Of a DNA stretch of 47,809 nucleotides, positions 43,669-47,809 are shown piece after piece. Position numbers and translations under genes: made by a program. Position 1 is the stretch's first letter; every line of letters begins with the position of its first letter. The stretch comes from Thermodesulfobacteriota bacterium (lineage in GTDB: Bacteria > Desulfobacterota > Thermodesulfobacteria > Thermodesulfobacteriales > Thermodesulfobacteriaceae). Below the pieces are notes generated by a model, which was not told where the DNA came from, searched no databases, and was given only the letters and a program-made list of their open reading frames with translations. The stretch spans positions 1-47,809 of the forward strand of contig QNAZ01000001.1 in the NCBI GenBank assembly GCA_003641645.1, read 5' to 3'.

Positions 43669-44331
43669 TTAAGTTCCTTCTATTTCTTTATATTCTGAAG
43701 GTAATTCTAAAAAGTTACAGGAAACTTTTACATGTAATTCATTAGTTCTTGCAAAGAAACATTGCAATTCTATTCCAGTTTCACCAAATCTTACAAGCAG
43801 AACTCTTCCAAATATAGTAACTTCTTGCGGATATATCTTTCTATTAACTACATTATCAAAATATAAAGTTTCAATTTTGTTTTCTGTATTAACTACAATA
43901 TCTGTTATCTTTCTGACAATTAGCTCACTTTCAGATAAATCTCCTTTATAAATAAATAGAAATATTCTTAAATGTTCATCATTTCTTAAGGCTAAATTTG
44001 TGGAATATATTTTTGCTTCAGAAGAACTTTTTTCTATTGGCTCTACCAATTTGAATTCATTAAACCAGCAAGGTATCCAGAATCTTTTCAATGCTCCTTT
44101 TCTATCATACCAAAAATCTATAAAATCATTTAATTCTTTTCTATTAGTAAAAGTAAAGCTACAGGAAATTCTTCTTCTGCCCTTATCTTCAAATGGATAA
44201 ATAGCAGTAGGAGTTCCTGCAAATGAGAGAACTAATCCTTGTGGCAATATTTCTACAGTATAATCATCAAAATTAGGAATAAGAGTTAATATAGTACTTT
44301 CAGTTCCTAATCCAGTAATATCAGTAATCAT
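43669..44331 (-). CDS. Distal tail-like protein
   Basis: F...RKGALKRFWIP pattern; position in the tail module. Confidence 0.55.
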   Translation of the reverse strand: MITDITGLGTESTILTLIPNFDDYTVEILPQGLVLSFAGTPTAIYPFEDKGRRRISCSFTFTNRKELNDFIDFWYDRKGALKRFWIPCWFNEFKLVEPIEKSSSEAKIYSTNLALRNDEHLRIFLFIYKGDLSESELIVRKITDIVVNTENKIETLYFDNVVNRKIYPQEVTIFGRVLLVRFGETGIELQCFFARTNELHVKVSCNFLELPSEYKEIEGT

Positions 44332-45377
44332 AGGTTAGCATAAATTTCTTGTAATTCTAAATTTACTTCTCCATATTTTCCTTTTATAAATTTTGGATTT
44401 ATTGAAACTATTTTACATAAAATCATTGGAAATACAAGAGTAGATTTTTTCTTAAATGAGAATGAAATAGATTCACTTAAAGTTATTTTCTTATTTGTAG
44501 CATCTACTGAAGTAACTTCTTCAGCAGTAAAATTTTGTTGCTCTTTATCGTAAATAAATATATACTTACACCTAAAGATTTCTCTGTAATTAGTGAAATC
44601 TTCATTGACATGAAATTCAGATAGATACTGTAAATCATCTTCAACTGGAGTTAATGGTTCTATACAATAAGGAACTCCTACAATCATCCCACCAGTTAGT
44701 TCAAATAAGTTCATTAATGAAGTTTTGCCTAAAATATCTATAAAAAATCTTCCAGTAAAATTTTTCTTTTCTCTATCTACTAATACTTTTCTCTGTTCTT
44801 CATTAAACATATTACTGCTTATAACAACTGGAATTTCATACCTTATTGAAAGTTCTCCAGAAATGTATTCATATAAAGGTAATAAAATTATTCTTAAACC
44901 TCTTACTGTAAGTTTCAAATGAGAATAATCTCCAGTATCATCTGTTTCAATATCAAAGTAACCATCAACAGTTGCACTTCCTTCTTTCTTAACTTCTACA
45001 AGAAAGTTTTCATAGTATAATGGTTTGTAGCTTTTATTAGTTATATCTTCAATATTGACATTATTTAAGTTGACATTTGTAATATCTTTAACTGTAATGG
45101 TTCTAAAGAAATAAGTATTCCAAAACATTACACTATAAGTTAAGTCTCTTGTAATCATTTTACAATCAATATAATTTGGGTAAATCCAAACTTGATTATA
45201 GAAAAGGTTTAAATCCAAAGAATTAAAAGCATAGTAAACTCCACTTAAGCTTTTAGTTAATGGAGCAAAATCATAATTGATAGTTGTATTTTCATTAAAT
45301 TCATTATAATCACTATAAGTAGTAGCAGTCTGTCCAGTCCAAACTGTATCTGCAAATAGGTAAGAATATGTTAACAT
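44328..45377 (-). CDS. Virion tail structural protein
   Basis: Beta-rich; EEQR motif; position. Confidence 0.55.
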   Translation of the reverse strand: MLTYSYLFADTVWTGQTATTYSDYNEFNENTTINYDFAPLTKSLSGVYYAFNSLDLNLFYNQVWIYPNYIDCKMITRDLTYSVMFWNTYFFRTITVKDITNVNLNNVNIEDITNKSYKPLYYENFLVEVKKEGSATVDGYFDIETDDTGDYSHLKLTVRGLRIILLPLYEYISGELSIRYEIPVVISSNMFNEEQRKVLVDREKKNFTGRFFIDILGKTSLMNLFELTGGMIVGVPYCIEPLTPVEDDLQYLSEFHVNEDFTNYREIFRCKYIFIYDKEQQNFTAEEVTSVDATNKKITLSESISFSFKKKSTLVFPMILCKIVSINPKFIKGKYGEVNLELQEIYANL

Positions 45378-45378
45378 T

Positions 45379-46356
45379 TTATAAGTTTCCTACTTCAAAC
45401 GCTATTCCAAACTCATTAGCAAAATCTGCAACTACTAAAGGATAAATCTTAAACTTTCTTGTATTATAAGTTAAAGTTTTGTTATACCATTCAATTCCTT
45501 TATATTTGCAAAGATAAAAAGGAGTTTCTGCAATTGGTTGAATATAAGTAACACTATCTTGTTCATATTTATGATAAACAATTAAAGTCCTTAAATACAA
45601 CCTACCAAATTGATAAGGTTGAGCAGGTAATCCAGGAAGTTTATTTGTTACATCATAACAAGAATAAGATTGATCAGGGTTTCCATAATTATCCTCATTA
45701 TAGAAAATGTATCTATAATGTAATCCATAAAAAGTTTTATAGCTATTATTATAATTTCCTGAATCTGGTTCTATAGTTTCTGGGCAACAAGAAGTATCCT
45801 TATAGTAAACCTTAAGTTGATTGCTTGGAGCACATCCAAAAAAAACATTTCCTCCTGGATAGTGATTACTATAAGAAGGAACTACCCAAAGAAAATTTCC
45901 CTGTTGATTCTCATTTGGAATTTCTAACTGTCCAAACATATAAAAAACACAATGAGAATAATCAGGTTGATGGTAAGTATATCCTTCTAATATTAATACA
46001 CAAAATTGACTATTTACTATGCAATAACTATTGGTAACTACAAAATAAGAAGCATCAGCAGACCCTTGATAGGATAATGTAGGACTATACCAAGTTCCTG
46101 TATCAACTCCAGTATTTGCATCTACTTTATAAGGATGGTAATGATCATAATTTTCACTAAGATTTTGATAATTAGGGGCTTTGTATATTGTATAATAACA
46201 CTGGGTATCAGTTACATGAAAAGCTAATTTTCCTTCAGAAGAAATTTTATCATAATCTATTGTCCACCCATTTTCAGATAATTTATCTTTTAAATTATAT
46301 AGAACATCATCTATATTACTTGTTCCAAAAGCATAATAATTAAAAACCATACTCAT
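45379..46356 (-). CDS. Virion structural protein
   Basis: L..NGWTID N-terminus; position after the tape measure gene. Confidence 0.55.
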   Translation of the reverse strand: MSMVFNYYAFGTSNIDDVLYNLKDKLSENGWTIDYDKISSEGKLAFHVTDTQCYYTIYKAPNYQNLSENYDHYHPYKVDANTGVDTGTWYSPTLSYQGSADASYFVVTNSYCIVNSQFCVLILEGYTYHQPDYSHCVFYMFGQLEIPNENQQGNFLWVVPSYSNHYPGGNVFFGCAPSNQLKVYYKDTSCCPETIEPDSGNYNNSYKTFYGLHYRYIFYNEDNYGNPDQSYSCYDVTNKLPGLPAQPYQFGRLYLRTLIVYHKYEQDSVTYIQPIAETPFYLCKYKGIEWYNKTLTYNTRKFKIYPLVVADFANEFGIAFEVGNL

Positions 46357-46374
46357 AATCTCAACTCCTTTTTC

Positions 46375-47460
46375 TTATTCTTCTAAAATTGCATGCCAAT
46401 ATCTCCAATCATTTCTATAAACATCAGGAAATACTATATAACTATTCCCTTCTGTATCAGTAATAGTTGTTTCACTTGTAAAATCACTTGCGGGAACATA
46501 GTAAAGCCCTTGATAAGCTCCAACTGAGTAATCCCAAGAAGGAGAAACAATAATAGGATAAAAGAACTTGGGAAACCCAGAAGGATAATTAATTTGGGTT
46601 GAACTATCTAAATGCATTTTAGGTTGAACATAATAACAAGCATATTCATCTTTTACATTCCAAGTAGCAGTATCATCAAAATAAGCATAGCCTCTATGCA
46701 ATGGAAAATATGCTTTATCTTGTTCATCATGCCACCAAGCTTCACTATAATCATATTTACATCTATGAGAAGCAGTCAAAACTAAAGGATATTTATATTC
46801 GTCAGGCAAACATAATCTCAAAGTTAGTCCTGCATATCCAATACTATAAAAACCTTCACTTTCAACTACAATAATAACTCTTCTTTGATTAGAAAATATC
46901 CATAAATTATTGGGATTATTCCAAAATGAAATAGCAAAATTAGTATCTTCTTCTAAAGTTAAATTTCCACTATCATCAATAGAATAAGCAGCTCCTAATC
47001 TTATATGTGCTTCTGTTTCCTGTTCATAAATTTGAAATTTCATCTTTACTACTACTTCTTCTGAACCATCAGTATTATACAATACATATTCAGCTCTTTT
47101 GAATTTGTAAGAATAATCTACAGTATCTCCAGGAGAAACAGAACCAGAAGAAAAAGTAACTATTCCTAATTCTTTATCTAATGTATAATCAACTCCTTCT
47201 GTTAAAACAGTTGAACCTAAAGTAAAAGTAGCTTCTTCGACACTTATAGTAGGTAAGTAAACAGGAGAATAAGAACTATCAATTGTTATACTTCCACTAT
47301 AGTTTTTATATTGAACATTCTTTGGATCATCTTCATTTACAGTATATCTTTTTATTTGCCAATCCTTTCCAGCAGTAGAGCTATCTTCACAAATAAATCT
47401 AATTATTTTTGTCCAAGTTTCATAAATATCATTACAAGCTGTTTTTGATAAGTAAGCCAT
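46375..47460 (-). CDS. Virion structural protein
   Basis: Y.YPL...S and Y.VF.DVYR patterns; EG.DYT.D...G.VTF insert; AAGGAG SD. Confidence 0.6.
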   Translation of the reverse strand: MAYLSKTACNDIYETWTKIIRFICEDSSTAGKDWQIKRYTVNEDDPKNVQYKNYSGSITIDSSYSPVYLPTISVEEATFTLGSTVLTEGVDYTLDKELGIVTFSSGSVSPGDTVDYSYKFKRAEYVLYNTDGSEEVVVKMKFQIYEQETEAHIRLGAAYSIDDSGNLTLEEDTNFAISFWNNPNNLWIFSNQRRVIIVVESEGFYSIGYAGLTLRLCLPDEYKYPLVLTASHRCKYDYSEAWWHDEQDKAYFPLHRGYAYFDDTATWNVKDEYACYYVQPKMHLDSSTQINYPSGFPKFFYPIIVSPSWDYSVGAYQGLYYVPASDFTSETTITDTEGNSYIVFPDVYRNDWRYWHAILEE

Positions 47461-47471
47461 ATCTTACTCCT

Positions 47472-47809
47472 TTATCTACTTAACAAAATTTTTCTAACTT
47501 TACTTGCTTGATTTGATATTACATTCAATACCATTTTTTGTCCTACTGGAGTTGCTAAATATTCTCCTACTAATTTTGGATCAAGAACATTTACTATTTG
47601 TATTGGTTGAGAAGTTATTTTTTCTTGTCCTATTATTTCAACTGGAATTGCTTTTCCATTTGGTAATGGGACTACTGCTTCTGGTTTTCCTTCTCCTATT
47701 AATCCTAATGTAGGCTTTTCTACAATTCCACCATAAGCAAATTGCTTTAAAGGGATAAAGTTTCCTGGTAATATTCCACCTTTAGCTGCTGTAATTCCAA
47801 ATAATTGTC
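47472..47809 (-). CDS. Tail tape measure protein, C-terminal end (enters from the right edge)
   Basis: Manual translation ...AAKGG...FAYGGIVEKPTLGLIGEGKPEAVVPLPNG...IVNVLDP...*. Confidence 0.8.
   Translation of the reverse strand, partial: QLFGITAAKGGILPGNFIPLKQFAYGGIVEKPTLGLIGEGKPEAVVPLPNGKAIPVEIIGQEKITSQPIQIVNVLDPKLVGEYLATPVGQKMVLNVISNQASKVRKILLSR

Noticed and set aside
1-47809. tRNA, rRNA, integrase or IS elements
   Set aside because: None recognised by eye; tRNAscan-SE and ISfinder would be needed to exclude them.

Overview
AT-rich 47.8-kb segment of a tailed dsDNA phage, probably a siphovirus. The class III RNR and K/E-rich proteins suggest an anaerobic, possibly thermophilic host (inference). 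Left arm, mostly minus strand: a truncated amidinotransferase-family gene, a metallophosphoesterase with two inteins, an N4/N6 DNA methyltransferase, primase, ThyX, RuvC-like resolvase, RecA/UvsX, gp32-like SSB, UvsY-like protein, an HUH Rep-like protein and many small early genes behind repeated sigma70-type promoters. A non-coding, origin-like gap at about 21.0-21.5 kb is followed by a plus-strand unit: Cys-rich protein, a solo Cas7/RAMP-like protein, about 585 nt of non-coding DNA, a UDG-DNA polymerase A fusion, nrdG and intein-containing nrdD. Right arm, minus strand: lysis genes, tail fibre, a repeat-rich homing endonuclease, a glycosyltransferase/sulfotransferase cluster, tail-tip genes and the end of the tape measure gene. 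The main discovery is the DNA right after the Cas7-like stop codon (22806-23389). It is a cryptic array of degenerate pentamers (xGY-NN; G at position 2 in about 100 of 113 by my hand count), grouped into about 20 units of 5n+1 nt that usually open with W-GGH. This is a candidate non-CRISPR guide-RNA array for a phage RAMP protein. All calls come from reading motifs by eye; no searches were run.
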